From an uncultured bacterium (GTDB lineage: Bacteria; Desulfobacterota; DSM-4660; Desulfatiglandales; JALVMZ01), in NCBI GenBank assembly GCA_965613025.1, contig CBFDUE010000001.1:6323-70322 (forward strand): a DNA stretch of 64,000 bases, read 5' to 3'. The position numbers were made by a program, and so were the translations under genes. Below the pieces are notes generated by a model. It was not told the origin of the DNA. It was given only the letters and a program-made list of their open reading frames with translations, and ran no database searches. This document shows positions 47,713-56,840 of this stretch, in pieces (position 1 is the stretch's first letter; the number at the start of each line of letters is the position of its first letter).

Positions 47713-50700
47713 TCAATTGGAAATCTTAATCTGTTGAAATCTCTGTTTGGACTTTTCCATGCAGTTTTCAACCACATTTCTGTATGCCTCAAGCCTTGTC
47801 ATCATACCTGCAACTGCTGAGTGTTCATCCAGTTCCAAGATAAGATAGGGTTTGTCTTGCATGATGTATTTATAAAAGTGCTCTATAAAGGAATCTGCTC
47901 CACAGCTAAAATTGGTCAGGTGTATTCCAAAGAGATTCTCATGAGATACAATATATCTTGCGGTTCTAAGGATCATTGCCCCAAACCCCCAATACATGGA
48001 TGAAAAATCAGAAAGATCCACCCTGCTGGTATCTATAAAATCCATTGGCAGGGCACTCACCCCTATCTTTGAAAGATTTTCACCCAATCTGAGATTTAGC
48101 CTTTCATCATATAGGTTATATGGTCTTCCTGTTACAACAACCAGCGGTTTATCATCGGGATATGAAGAGAGGATCTTTTCCCCCTCTCTTAAAAGCTCTT
48201 TTGTAAATTCCTCCTGTATCTCTAAGGCATACATCAGTGCATCCCTTATATGCTTCCTGCTCTTTCCAATCTTGTGGGACAATTGGGAAGCAAGTTCAAG
48301 TGCAAGCCTTTCAGGCTCGTATTTGAGGTGAACTATGGGACTTAGTATATTATCTCCTTTAAGATTAAATGCCATCCTCACCATATACTGATTTGCCTGA
48401 ACCATTGGGCAATAAAACCCGCCTTCATATTCTGTGGGTGTTCTCATATTAATGGTTGCAGGAATAAAGAGAAATCTGGTCTTATCTTTGATATATCTTA
48501 TATGTCCATGAGAGATCTTTACCGGAAAGCAGGTCTCTGCTGTCATGGATTCTATTCCCCAGGCCACAATTCGGGAATTGGTAGGTGGGGTTAAAACCAC
48601 CCTGAACCCCAACCTGTCAAAGAAATGGGCCCATAAGACTCCTGTATGAAGGGTATAGAGTGCCCTCTGCATACCAACAGTAGGCCTTCCATCCACCTCT
48701 AAGATCCTCTCCCCATTGAATTCCACATACACACCTTCCATATATCTTTCCCATATCTGAGACCTCAGTCTGAAATAGTTGGGGCCTCTCTTTGCCCTTC
48801 TCTCACTTATCTCATATCTTCCACACTCCCCCCCCCAAATACTCTTTCTCCCATCAAAATTGTAGATCTTAAGTTTACACTGATTATGGCATTTGGGATC
48901 TGCCCTGCATATCACCTCTTTATACTCCATCCTATCATTGATTGCGCTATCCAGCCCCCTAAATCTGCTCTTCTCTATGCCTTCCCTTCTCATCTTTTCC
49001 TGAACTAAGATCGCTGCCCCAAAGGCACCCAGCACCTCTCTGTGCTTTGGGACAATAATTGCCATATTTAAGGTGTTTTCAAAGGCAGCTACTACGGCTT
49101 TATTAAGGGAGGGGCCTCCCAAGAACATGATCCTCTCTCCGATCTTTCGCTTTCCCACCACCCTGTTAAGATAATTGCTGACAATTGCATAACAGAGCCC
49201 TGCCATTAGATCCTTCTTTTCCACACCCAATTGATGATATGATACAAGGTCAGATTCCATAAACACAGTGCATCTTTCAGCAAGTCGTATGGGAGAGGAG
49301 GAGGACATTGCTATCTCTTGAAATTCTCCCACTATATTTATTCCATATTTATTTGCAAGCTCATGTAAGAAGCTCCCGGTTCCTGCAGCGCACACCTTAT
49401 TCATATCAAAATCCAGAGGATAGGTATTCATTATATAGATATATTTTGAATCCTGACCCCCGATCTCAAAGATGGTATCAACTGTGGGATCAATCTCTAC
49501 TGCACCTCTTGCATGGGCAGTTATCTCATCCACAATGAGATCGGCATTTAAAAAATCCCCCACCACATTTCTTCCAGATCCTGTGGTGGCAACCCCCTTA
49601 ATATCTATACATCTTCCCATCTCATCCCTTATGATGCTGAGCAATCTCTGGGTCACCTCCACAGGTCTTCCCTGGGTGTGGACATATCTTTTATGTATTA
49701 TTCTTCTATGTTCATCTATAATTGCGTACTTTGTGGTAGTGGATCCTATATCCACACCCAGATATACGGGCACAGTCCCGTGAAATGGCACCTTTTCTAC
49801 CTCATTCTCTTCAGGAAAGCGGGTCAATTTGAGCTTTAGTTTGGGAGCAATTGGAAGATTGGATAGCTGCACTCTTCCCAGTCTTAAAAGCCCATCTAAA
49901 TCAATAGAATTTTCAACTCCTTGCTGCATAGCGTGTAATGCAACTCCTAAGGCTCCTATGGATGTGCTATAGGGGGGGACAAGGATATTGGGGAAATATT
50001 CCTTAAATGCCTTTACCTGAAGCTGGTTAAGGGAAAGCCCCCCTATAAATATAACTGGATCTTCAACCTGCCTATCTGCAACAATGGTGCTGATAAAGTT
50101 TCTGGCATTCCCGATATGAAGCCCATAGATGATATCTTCAAGCTTCTCTCCCTTGTTTTGAAGATGAATCATATCAGATTTAGTAAACACGGTGCATCTA
50201 CAGGCCACATTTGATGGCCTTGTGCTTTTAAGCCCCAACTCAATAAAATCCTTAAGGACACTGTCAATCTGATCCTGGGAGATATCCACATCTCTTTTAT
50301 AGATGGAAGTTGCAAGCCTTTGAGCCTGTTGATCTATAAAAGAGCCTGTCCCCGATGCACATGGCCCATTGGTATTAAAATATTCCAGCTCCCAACTGCC
50401 ATCCCCATGCCTTATTTGAAAAAGGGCTGTATCTTGTCCGCCCATACTGATTATGGACCTCACATCTCGTTTTACATAAAGGGAGCCCAAGACCTGGGAT
50501 ATGGTATCAAATTCATAAAATCCGCCTACATTTTCACTTATCTTCCTTCCATGATTGCCAGTGAATGCAACTGCCCTGATCTCATCTCTTCCAAACTGCT
50601 CAAATATATCACTTAAAAGGGAATGCACCTTTTCCTCTATTGCTCCAAAATGTCTCATATATGGATATTCGTAAATAATCTCTTTTTTCTGATCTAGGAC

Positions 50701-50763
50701 AAGACAATTGATACTTACAGAGCCTATATCTACCCCCACATATAATCCGCTCATATCTACCAC
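47713..50763 (-). CDS. Fusion of two BadF/BadG/BcrA/BcrD-type (HgdC-like) ATPase domains and a dehydratase-like DUF2229 domain (PlsA/Ger-like?)
   Basis: 1016 aa with two ASKHA repeats starting 'VGVDIGSVSINC' and 'LGVDIGSTTTKY'. Each repeat has a C-A-[SA]-G-T-G-S-F motif ('GPCASGTGSF', 'KVCAAGTGSF'). The C-terminal ~370 aa carry 'VGMQRALYTLHTGVLWAHFFDRLGFRVVLTPPT' and 'ETCFPVKISHGH'. Confidence 0.85.
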   Translation of the reverse strand: MVDMSGLYVGVDIGSVSINCLVLDQKKEIIYEYPYMRHFGAIEEKVHSLLSDIFEQFGRDEIRAVAFTGNHGRKISENVGGFYEFDTISQVLGSLYVKRDVRSIISMGGQDTALFQIRHGDGSWELEYFNTNGPCASGTGSFIDQQAQRLATSIYKRDVDISQDQIDSVLKDFIELGLKSTRPSNVACRCTVFTKSDMIHLQNKGEKLEDIIYGLHIGNARNFISTIVADRQVEDPVIFIGGLSLNQLQVKAFKEYFPNILVPPYSTSIGALGVALHAMQQGVENSIDLDGLLRLGRVQLSNLPIAPKLKLKLTRFPEENEVEKVPFHGTVPVYLGVDIGSTTTKYAIIDEHRRIIHKRYVHTQGRPVEVTQRLLSIIRDEMGRCIDIKGVATTGSGRNVVGDFLNADLIVDEITAHARGAVEIDPTVDTIFEIGGQDSKYIYIMNTYPLDFDMNKVCAAGTGSFLHELANKYGINIVGEFQEIAMSSSSPIRLAERCTVFMESDLVSYHQLGVEKKDLMAGLCYAIVSNYLNRVVGKRKIGERIMFLGGPSLNKAVVAAFENTLNMAIIVPKHREVLGAFGAAILVQEKMRREGIEKSRFRGLDSAINDRMEYKEVICRADPKCHNQCKLKIYNFDGRKSIWGGECGRYEISERRAKRGPNYFRLRSQIWERYMEGVYVEFNGERILEVDGRPTVGMQRALYTLHTGVLWAHFFDRLGFRVVLTPPTNSRIVAWGIESMTAETCFPVKISHGHIRYIKDKTRFLFIPATINMRTPTEYEGGFYCPMVQANQYMVRMAFNLKGDNILSPIVHLKYEPERLALELASQLSHKIGKSRKHIRDALMYALEIQEEFTKELLREGEKILSSYPDDKPLVVVTGRPYNLYDERLNLRLGENLSKIGVSALPMDFIDTSRVDLSDFSSMYWGFGAMILRTARYIVSHENLFGIHLTNFSCGADSFIEHFYKYIMQDKPYLILELDEHSAVAGMMTRLEAYRNVVENCMEKSKQRFQQIKISN

Positions 50764-50772
50764 TCCTTCTCT

Positions 50773-51687
50773 CTAAATGGCCTTAAAAAATGTGTTTTCT
50801 CCATATCTGTATCTCCATAGCCTCTTGCCCTTTATGAGTCCCTCTAATACATCTTCAATCTCTTCTTGTCCATTGAACAGATATTCAATATCCTCTACCC
50901 TAATGGGTCTTCTCTTTGCCATCTCCACAATCTTACGCTCCAGATCTGAGATATGAGCTTCCCCTCTTCTCTTTCCTCTATAGGATATGATCTCTGCCTT
51001 TTGACCAAATATCTTACCTATATCTTCCATCCTCTCCTCTTCTACTCTGAGATCCATATCTGTTGGTGGTGGCCTAACCACAGTGTTTAACTGGATTCTA
51101 TCAGGCCCTATCTCATCCACCACCTTTTTTAGTGCACCTATCTCCCTTTCATTGTCATTGATACCTTTTACTATCATCACCTCAAGCTGAAATTCACCCC
51201 TAAATTCCTCTCTGCATCTCCTGATTCCCTCAATCACCCTATCAACCCTTAGATTCCTATGAGGCCTATGGATCTTAACAAATGTCTTTTCATAGACAGT
51301 GCTGAGAGTGGGCATTAATATATCTGCTGCCTTTACCGCTTCCCTTATCTCCTCTTTATAGAGTAGGGAACCATTGGTAAGCACAGCTATCTTCTTCTCT
51401 GTCATTCCTTTTAACCTTCTAATCATCTCACCCAGATCATGATTTAAGGTAGGTTCTCCTGAGCCTGAAAATGTAAGGACTTCAGGATCGCTCTCCCTTA
51501 ATGCAATGGATATCTCTGAAAACAGCTCATTTAGATCCACAAATGAATCTGTATCCACACTCTTACACGTTGTCCTACCCACCTCACAGTATATGCAGTC
51601 ATAGGAACAGGTCTTATATGGGATTATATCTATTCCTAAGGAGAGACCCAATCTCCTTGAAAAGACAGGGCCAAATACATATCTCAT
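50773..51687 (-). CDS. Radical SAM protein (COG0731-like, function unknown)
   Basis: 304 aa with 'FGPVFSRRLGLSLGIDIIPYKTCSYDCIYCEVGRT' (CxxxCxxC) and 'FSGSGEPTL'. It lies 9 nt upstream of the BCR/HAD fusion gene. Confidence 0.85.
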   Translation of the reverse strand: MRYVFGPVFSRRLGLSLGIDIIPYKTCSYDCIYCEVGRTTCKSVDTDSFVDLNELFSEISIALRESDPEVLTFSGSGEPTLNHDLGEMIRRLKGMTEKKIAVLTNGSLLYKEEIREAVKAADILMPTLSTVYEKTFVKIHRPHRNLRVDRVIEGIRRCREEFRGEFQLEVMIVKGINDNEREIGALKKVVDEIGPDRIQLNTVVRPPPTDMDLRVEEERMEDIGKIFGQKAEIISYRGKRRGEAHISDLERKIVEMAKRRPIRVEDIEYLFNGQEEIEDVLEGLIKGKRLWRYRYGENTFFKAI

Positions 51688-51701
51688 AATTTTTCTCCCT
51701 C

Positions 51702-54374
51702 TTAATGCGCCTCTCCCCAGTTCCTTCCAACTCCCATATCCACTCTCAAAGGAACACTTAAGGGATATACACCCTCCATCTCTTTTAGTACCATCTCTTT
51801 TACATCCTCCAATTCAGACTCCGGAACTTCAAATACGAGTTCATCATGAACCTGTAGGATCAGTCTTGTCTTCAATCGATTTTCCTTTAGTTTTCTATGG
51901 ATATTTATCATTGCCTTTTTTATCAGGTCTGCGGCTGTTCCCTGGATGGGTGTATTTATTGCCATCCTCTCTGCCTCCGCCCTGATCCTTGCCTTGCTGT
52001 GATTAATCCCTGGCAGATAGCGTTTTCGGTTAAAGAGGGTGGTGACATAACCCTTCTTTCGTGCCATATCAATCATCTGCTCTCTATATCTCAATACCCC
52101 TTTATATCTCTTATAATAGCTCTCTATATATCTCTGTGCCTCCTTTCTATCGATGTGTAGCTCCTGGCTTAGCTTTACAGGCCCCATTCCATAGATTATC
52201 CCAAAATTAATTGCCTTGGCAATCCTCCTCATATCATCTGTAACCTTATCCATCTCCACTCCCAGTATCTCAGAGGCAGTCTTAGTGTGTATATCAATTC
52301 CTTCTCTAAAGGCATTTATAAATACTGGATCTTGAGAGTAGTGGGCAAATATCCTCAACTCTATCTGGCTGTAGTCCGCAGACAGCAGAAGATTGCCCTC
52401 ATCTGCAATAAATCCCTTCCTTATCTCCCGTCCCTCCTCTCCCCTTATGGGGATATTCTGAAGATTGGGATTACTGCTACTAAGCCTTCCTGTTGCTGTC
52501 ACCGTCTGATTAAATGAGGTGTGAATCCTGCCGGTTTCAGGATTTATCATCTGCAATAGGGAATCCAAGTAGGTGGACTTTAATTTTGATAGGCTCCTGT
52601 ATCTTAATATAAGAGATGGTAGTCTATAGTTTAGTGAAGATAATGTCTCTAATACCTTTACATCTGTAGAATAGCTCTTGGTCTTTGTGGTCTTTTTCTG
52701 AACAGGGAGTTTAAGCTTTTCAAACAGCACAAAACCAAGCTGCTGAGGGGAATTAATATTAAATTCCATGCCCGCTTCATCAAATATCTCCTCTTCCAAC
52801 TTTGATAGTTCCTTAGATATCCTAATTGACATATCTTTAAAGAATTCCTCATCTATCTTTACTCCACTATATTCCATATCCATAAGCACCTCAATGAGCG
52901 GCATCTCCAGTTCATAAAACAGGGATGCATTCCCCTCTTTATGTAGCATCTCATCCAATATAGGCCAAAGCCTCCATACCACTTCTGCATCTTCACATGC
53001 ATACTCCTTTGCGCTTTCCAGATCCACATCAGCAAAGGTCCCTTTCCCCTTTCCCACAACCTCCTTATAAGAGATCATCTTGTGGTTGAGGTATTGCTGA
53101 GCAAGCACATTTAGATTATGCTGCCTCAGCCCCGGATTTATCACATAGGAGGCAACCATTGTATCAAAATAGATGCCTCTTATATCCATATTGTTCCTTT
53201 TAAAGATCAGGGCATCATATTTTATGTTCTGCCCTATCTTCTTTATATTAGGATCTTCTATCACCTCCTTAAGCCCACTTATGACATAGTCTCTATCCAA
53301 CTGCCTCTCTTTTACCTTATGGGCAACTGGAATATAGATCCCTTTGTCCTTTTCCATAGATAGAGAGATCCCCACAAGCTCTGCCCTCATGGGATCCTCA
53401 CTTGTGCTTTCGGTGTCAATGGAAACAATCCCCTTTTTCTTTATCTCTGATATCAGCTCTCTAAAAAACCTCTTGTCATTACATATCCTATAGTCCTTAT
53501 CAGTTTCTGCCTCTCTCTTTGCAAATTGATTCCAAAGACTTATAAATTCAAGCTCCTTAAATATCTCTGATAGCCTATCCCTTTCAGGTTCTCTAACTTT
53601 TAGCTCTTCCCAATCTATCTTTAAAGGAACCTGGGTATTGATCTTTACAAGCTCTCTGCTTAAAAATGCATTCTCTTTAAACTCTATCAATCTCTCCTTA
53701 AGCCTCTTTTTCTTAACCTCTGAGATGTTCTCATAGATATTTTCCAGAGTGCCAAACTGTCTTATTAGCTCTAAGGCGGTCTTCTCTCCCACTGAAGGTA
53801 TTCCTGGAATGTTGTCAATGCTATCCCCACAGAGTGCCATTACATCCGTAAACTGCTGGGGCCTAATCCTGTATTCTTCTTCAATACTCTTGTAATTGAC
53901 CAATCTGTCTTTCATAGGGTCCCACATGGAGATCATATCTGTTATGAGCTGGCGAAAGTCCTTATCCCCTGAAACTATCACCACATAAAATCCTCTCTCT
54001 GTGGCAATTTGGGCCAGTGTGCCAATGATATCATCTGCTTCATAGCCCTCAATTTCCAGCATCTTTACCCTAAATCCCTCAACTATCTTCTTTATATAGG
54101 GTATCTGTTCGGTAAGATCTTCAGGGGTTGGAGGACGCGTTGCCTTATATCTTTCATATATCCTGTGTCTGAATGTGGGCCCAGGTGCATCAAATACAAT
54201 TGCAAGATAGGACGGGGTCTTATCTTGATAGAGCCTCAAAAGCATCTTGGTAAAGCCAAAGATTGCATTTGTGGGAAGCCCCTTGGAGGTAGATAGCTCC
54301 CTTATTGCATGATATGCCCTATATATATATGAGCTTCCATCAACTAAATAGACTGTTTCCCTCTCTTCTTCCAT
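51702..54374 (-). CDS. polA: DNA polymerase I
   Basis: It has a 5'-nuclease domain. The 3'-5' exonuclease motifs are 'IDTEST', 'NIKYDALIF' and 'YACEDAEV'. The polymerase motifs are A 'DYSQIELRIFAH', B 'RRIAKAINFGIIYG' and C 'LQVHDELVFE'. Confidence 0.97.
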   Translation of the reverse strand: MEEERETVYLVDGSSYIYRAYHAIRELSTSKGLPTNAIFGFTKMLLRLYQDKTPSYLAIVFDAPGPTFRHRIYERYKATRPPTPEDLTEQIPYIKKIVEGFRVKMLEIEGYEADDIIGTLAQIATERGFYVVIVSGDKDFRQLITDMISMWDPMKDRLVNYKSIEEEYRIRPQQFTDVMALCGDSIDNIPGIPSVGEKTALELIRQFGTLENIYENISEVKKKRLKERLIEFKENAFLSRELVKINTQVPLKIDWEELKVREPERDRLSEIFKELEFISLWNQFAKREAETDKDYRICNDKRFFRELISEIKKKGIVSIDTESTSEDPMRAELVGISLSMEKDKGIYIPVAHKVKERQLDRDYVISGLKEVIEDPNIKKIGQNIKYDALIFKRNNMDIRGIYFDTMVASYVINPGLRQHNLNVLAQQYLNHKMISYKEVVGKGKGTFADVDLESAKEYACEDAEVVWRLWPILDEMLHKEGNASLFYELEMPLIEVLMDMEYSGVKIDEEFFKDMSIRISKELSKLEEEIFDEAGMEFNINSPQQLGFVLFEKLKLPVQKKTTKTKSYSTDVKVLETLSSLNYRLPSLILRYRSLSKLKSTYLDSLLQMINPETGRIHTSFNQTVTATGRLSSSNPNLQNIPIRGEEGREIRKGFIADEGNLLLSADYSQIELRIFAHYSQDPVFINAFREGIDIHTKTASEILGVEMDKVTDDMRRIAKAINFGIIYGMGPVKLSQELHIDRKEAQRYIESYYKRYKGVLRYREQMIDMARKKGYVTTLFNRKRYLPGINHSKARIRAEAERMAINTPIQGTAADLIKKAMINIHRKLKENRLKTRLILQVHDELVFEVPESELEDVKEMVLKEMEGVYPLSVPLRVDMGVGRNWGEAH

Positions 54375-54377
54375 CTA

Positions 54378-54794
54378 TCACTCTGACTCTTCCTCTTCTT
54401 CCTTTTCCCTTTCCTCTTCCACTATCCTCTCTATCTTTCCTTGAAGAAGAAACTCTTTTAAAGGGACAGAAGATATTGCATAGCTAAACTTGGGCATTGG
54501 TGGCGGCTTCCATTTGGGTCTCTTTTCATAGATAGGCTTTCTCTTTGACTTTATAGGCTCCTTTGCACCACTCTTAGGACATGTATTATGGGTAAACCCT
54601 ATCCTCAATCCATTGCTATCATATAGGACCTCATCTATAAACCAACCCAGATGTCTTCCATTTATGCCATATACCTCCCTTTCATTAAATAGATAAGCTA
54701 CAGCCTCCCCTTCAAAGAGATATATATTGCTGTCATAGTCATCTGAGATATAGGCAATGGGATTTCCATCCCTATCATATAGAGTAATATCCAT
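54378..54794 (-). CDS. Hypothetical protein with beta-rich repeat N-domain ('4-fold beta flower'-like) and charged tail
   Basis: 138 aa. The N-terminal ~75 aa have short repeated beta-hairpin-like units ('LYDRDGNPIAYISDD', 'IYLFEGEAVAYLFNE', 'VYGINGRHLGWFIDE', 'LYDSNGLRIGF'). A K/P-rich linker and an acidic tail EEEREKEEEEESE follow. The RBS is AGGAAGGTGA. The family name is from memory. Confidence 0.55.
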   Translation of the reverse strand: MDITLYDRDGNPIAYISDDYDSNIYLFEGEAVAYLFNEREVYGINGRHLGWFIDEVLYDSNGLRIGFTHNTCPKSGAKEPIKSKRKPIYEKRPKWKPPPMPKFSYAISSVPLKEFLLQGKIERIVEEEREKEEEEESE

Positions 54795-54811
54795 ATCTCA
54801 CCTTCCTATTT

Positions 54812-54838
54812 GAGAGCTTTGAAAGATTCAAAACTCTC
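54812..54838. repeat. Solo palindrome of the repeat family, copy 3
   Basis: GAGAGCTTTGAA-AGA-TTCAAAACTCTC sits exactly between the rny stop (TAG, 54840-54838) and the RBS of the next gene. The single arm mismatch is C.A in plus sense but a U.G wobble in minus sense. Confidence 0.75.
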
Positions 54839-56400
54839 TATTTTGCATAGTCCACTGCTCTGGTCTCTCTTATAACCGTGACCTTAATCTGTCCCGGATA
54901 TGTTAACTCCTTTTCTATCTTTTTGGCAATCTCTTTACAGAGCATATAGGTCTCATCATCATCTACAAGATCTTCTGCAACCATAACCCTGATCTCTCTA
55001 CCTGCCTGTATGGCAAAGGACTTCGTCACTCCCTTAAAGGAATTGGCTATCTTTTCAAGCTCTTCCAATCTCTTTACATAGGAGGCCAGCATCTCCTGCC
55101 TTGCCCCAGGCCTTGCCCCAGAGAGGCTGTCTGCAGCCTGAACAATCACCGCTAAGGCCGTCTCTGGCTGGACCTCTTCATGATGAGCAGCTATGGCATG
55201 CACCACCTCATTGGACTCCCCATATTTTTTGGCAAGATCTGCTCCGATCAGAGCATGAGGGCCTTCTACTTCATGATCCACGGCCTTTCCAATATCATGT
55301 AATAGCCCTGCTCTCTTGGCCCTCTTAACATTTAATCCCAGCTCTGCTGCCATGATACCACAGAGAAAGCTCACCTCTTTGGAGTGCTGAAGCACATTTT
55401 GTGCATAACTGGACCTATATTTTAATCTTCCAAGCAGCTTTATAAGCTCAGGGTGGATTCCATGAACTCCCACATCAAAGGTAGCCTGCTCTCCTGCCTC
55501 CTTTACGCTCTGTTCAATCTCCGCCCTCACCTTTTCTACCATCTCCTCAATCCTGGCAGGATGAATTCTTCCGTCATCAATCAGCCTCTGGAGGGCAATC
55601 TTTGCAACCTCTCTTCTTATAGGATTAAATGCCGAAACTATCACCGCCTCTGGAGTATCATCTATGATGAGATCCACACCGGTGGCTGCCTCGATTGCCC
55701 TGATATTTCTCCCTTCTCTTCCTATTATCCTGCCTTTCATCTCTTCATTGGGAAGATTTACAACTGCCACAGTCTTTTCACTCACATACTCTCCGGCATA
55801 TCTCTGAATGGCAAGGGCAATTATCTCCTGTGCCTTCTGTTTAGCACTTTCCCTTGTCTCTGTCTCAATCTTTCTAATCAGCTTTATTGCCTCATGTCTT
55901 GCCTCAGATTCCATACTCTCAATCAGAAGCTGCTTTGCCTCCTCTCTTGACATTCCTGCAACCCTTTCCAGCTCCTTCTTCCTCTCTTCAATGAGCCTGT
56001 CATATTCATTCTGCTTTTGAACAAGCTCTCTCTCTATCCGCTCCACATTCTCTTCTCTTTCCTTTAACTCCCTCTCCTTCTGCTCATAGAGTTCAATCTT
56101 TCTATCCAGAGTCTCCTGTTTGTGAAATAGTCTCCGCTCTTGTGCCTGAAGCTGTTCTCTGGTCTCCCGGGTTTCCCTTTCAAATTCAAGTTTCATCTGA
56201 TAAAGGGTATCTTTTGCCTTTATCATGGCCTCTTTCTTTATATTTTTGGCCTCTCTATGGGCATCATTTATGAGCTTTTTGGAATATTCCTTTATAGACT
56301 GAAGCTCTTTCCCAGATAGCTTCCTTCTGAGCCAAAATCCTATTATAAAGCCCAATACCAGAACTGCCAAACCACCTAATATTGTCTGCAAAAGATCCAT
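54838..56400 (-). CDS. rny: Ribonuclease Y
   Basis: N-terminal TM anchor, long coiled coil, KH domain ('[13 protein letters not shown]') and HD domain ('LLHDIGKA'). Confidence 0.96.
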   Translation of the reverse strand: MDLLQTILGGLAVLVLGFIIGFWLRRKLSGKELQSIKEYSKKLINDAHREAKNIKKEAMIKAKDTLYQMKLEFERETRETREQLQAQERRLFHKQETLDRKIELYEQKERELKEREENVERIERELVQKQNEYDRLIEERKKELERVAGMSREEAKQLLIESMESEARHEAIKLIRKIETETRESAKQKAQEIIALAIQRYAGEYVSEKTVAVVNLPNEEMKGRIIGREGRNIRAIEAATGVDLIIDDTPEAVIVSAFNPIRREVAKIALQRLIDDGRIHPARIEEMVEKVRAEIEQSVKEAGEQATFDVGVHGIHPELIKLLGRLKYRSSYAQNVLQHSKEVSFLCGIMAAELGLNVKRAKRAGLLHDIGKAVDHEVEGPHALIGADLAKKYGESNEVVHAIAAHHEEVQPETALAVIVQAADSLSGARPGARQEMLASYVKRLEELEKIANSFKGVTKSFAIQAGREIRVMVAEDLVDDDETYMLCKEIAKKIEKELTYPGQIKVTVIRETRAVDYAK

Positions 56401-56557
56401 ATGCCTTCACCCCCTCAGAATGTAGCAGAGATATAAGATAAAAAGATGAAAGAGGATAAGAAGAATAATAGAGAAGGACTTAAAGAGGATAATATTAAAA
56501 CAAAGGAGAAACTTCCAAAATATTAATACAGCACTCTAAGACATCCCCCCTTTATCT

Positions 56558-56833
56558 CTATATGTATCTATCAATATATCTTATAAGTTGTTCTGTCTTC
56601 CTTCCGATCCTGTCTATAAGCTCCTCTTTTTCCTTAAGCAATTGGAAATAGTCACTTGCAATATTTAGTGCTACCAATATGGCCATCTTCTTCTCCGATA
56701 GTCCTTCAGTATTATTCTTCACCTCTTTCATCTTTTGGTTTACATAATCAGCAATACGATATATCTCCTGAATCTCTTCTTCACTCTTAAGCACATATTC
56801 ACTGTCCAATATCTTTACTTTTACATATGGCAT
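56558..56833 (-). CDS. zapA: Cell division protein ZapA
   Basis: The preferred start is 'MPYVKVKILDSEYVL' at 56833. 'AILVALNIASDYFQL' is typical of ZapA. Confidence 0.82.
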   Translation of the reverse strand: MPYVKVKILDSEYVLKSEEEIQEIYRIADYVNQKMKEVKNNTEGLSEKKMAILVALNIASDYFQLLKEKEELIDRIGRKTEQLIRYIDRYI

Positions 56834-56840
56834 ATTCCAA

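Noticed and set aside
56401-56557. 6S RNA (ssrS) downstream of zapA, by analogy with E. coli synteny
   Set aside because: The gap is about 157 bp, which is short. I could not find the long terminal closing stem or the central-bubble architecture, because the two G/C-rich ends (CCCCCTCAG..., ...ACATCCCCCC) are not complementary. It is kept only as a low-interest check.
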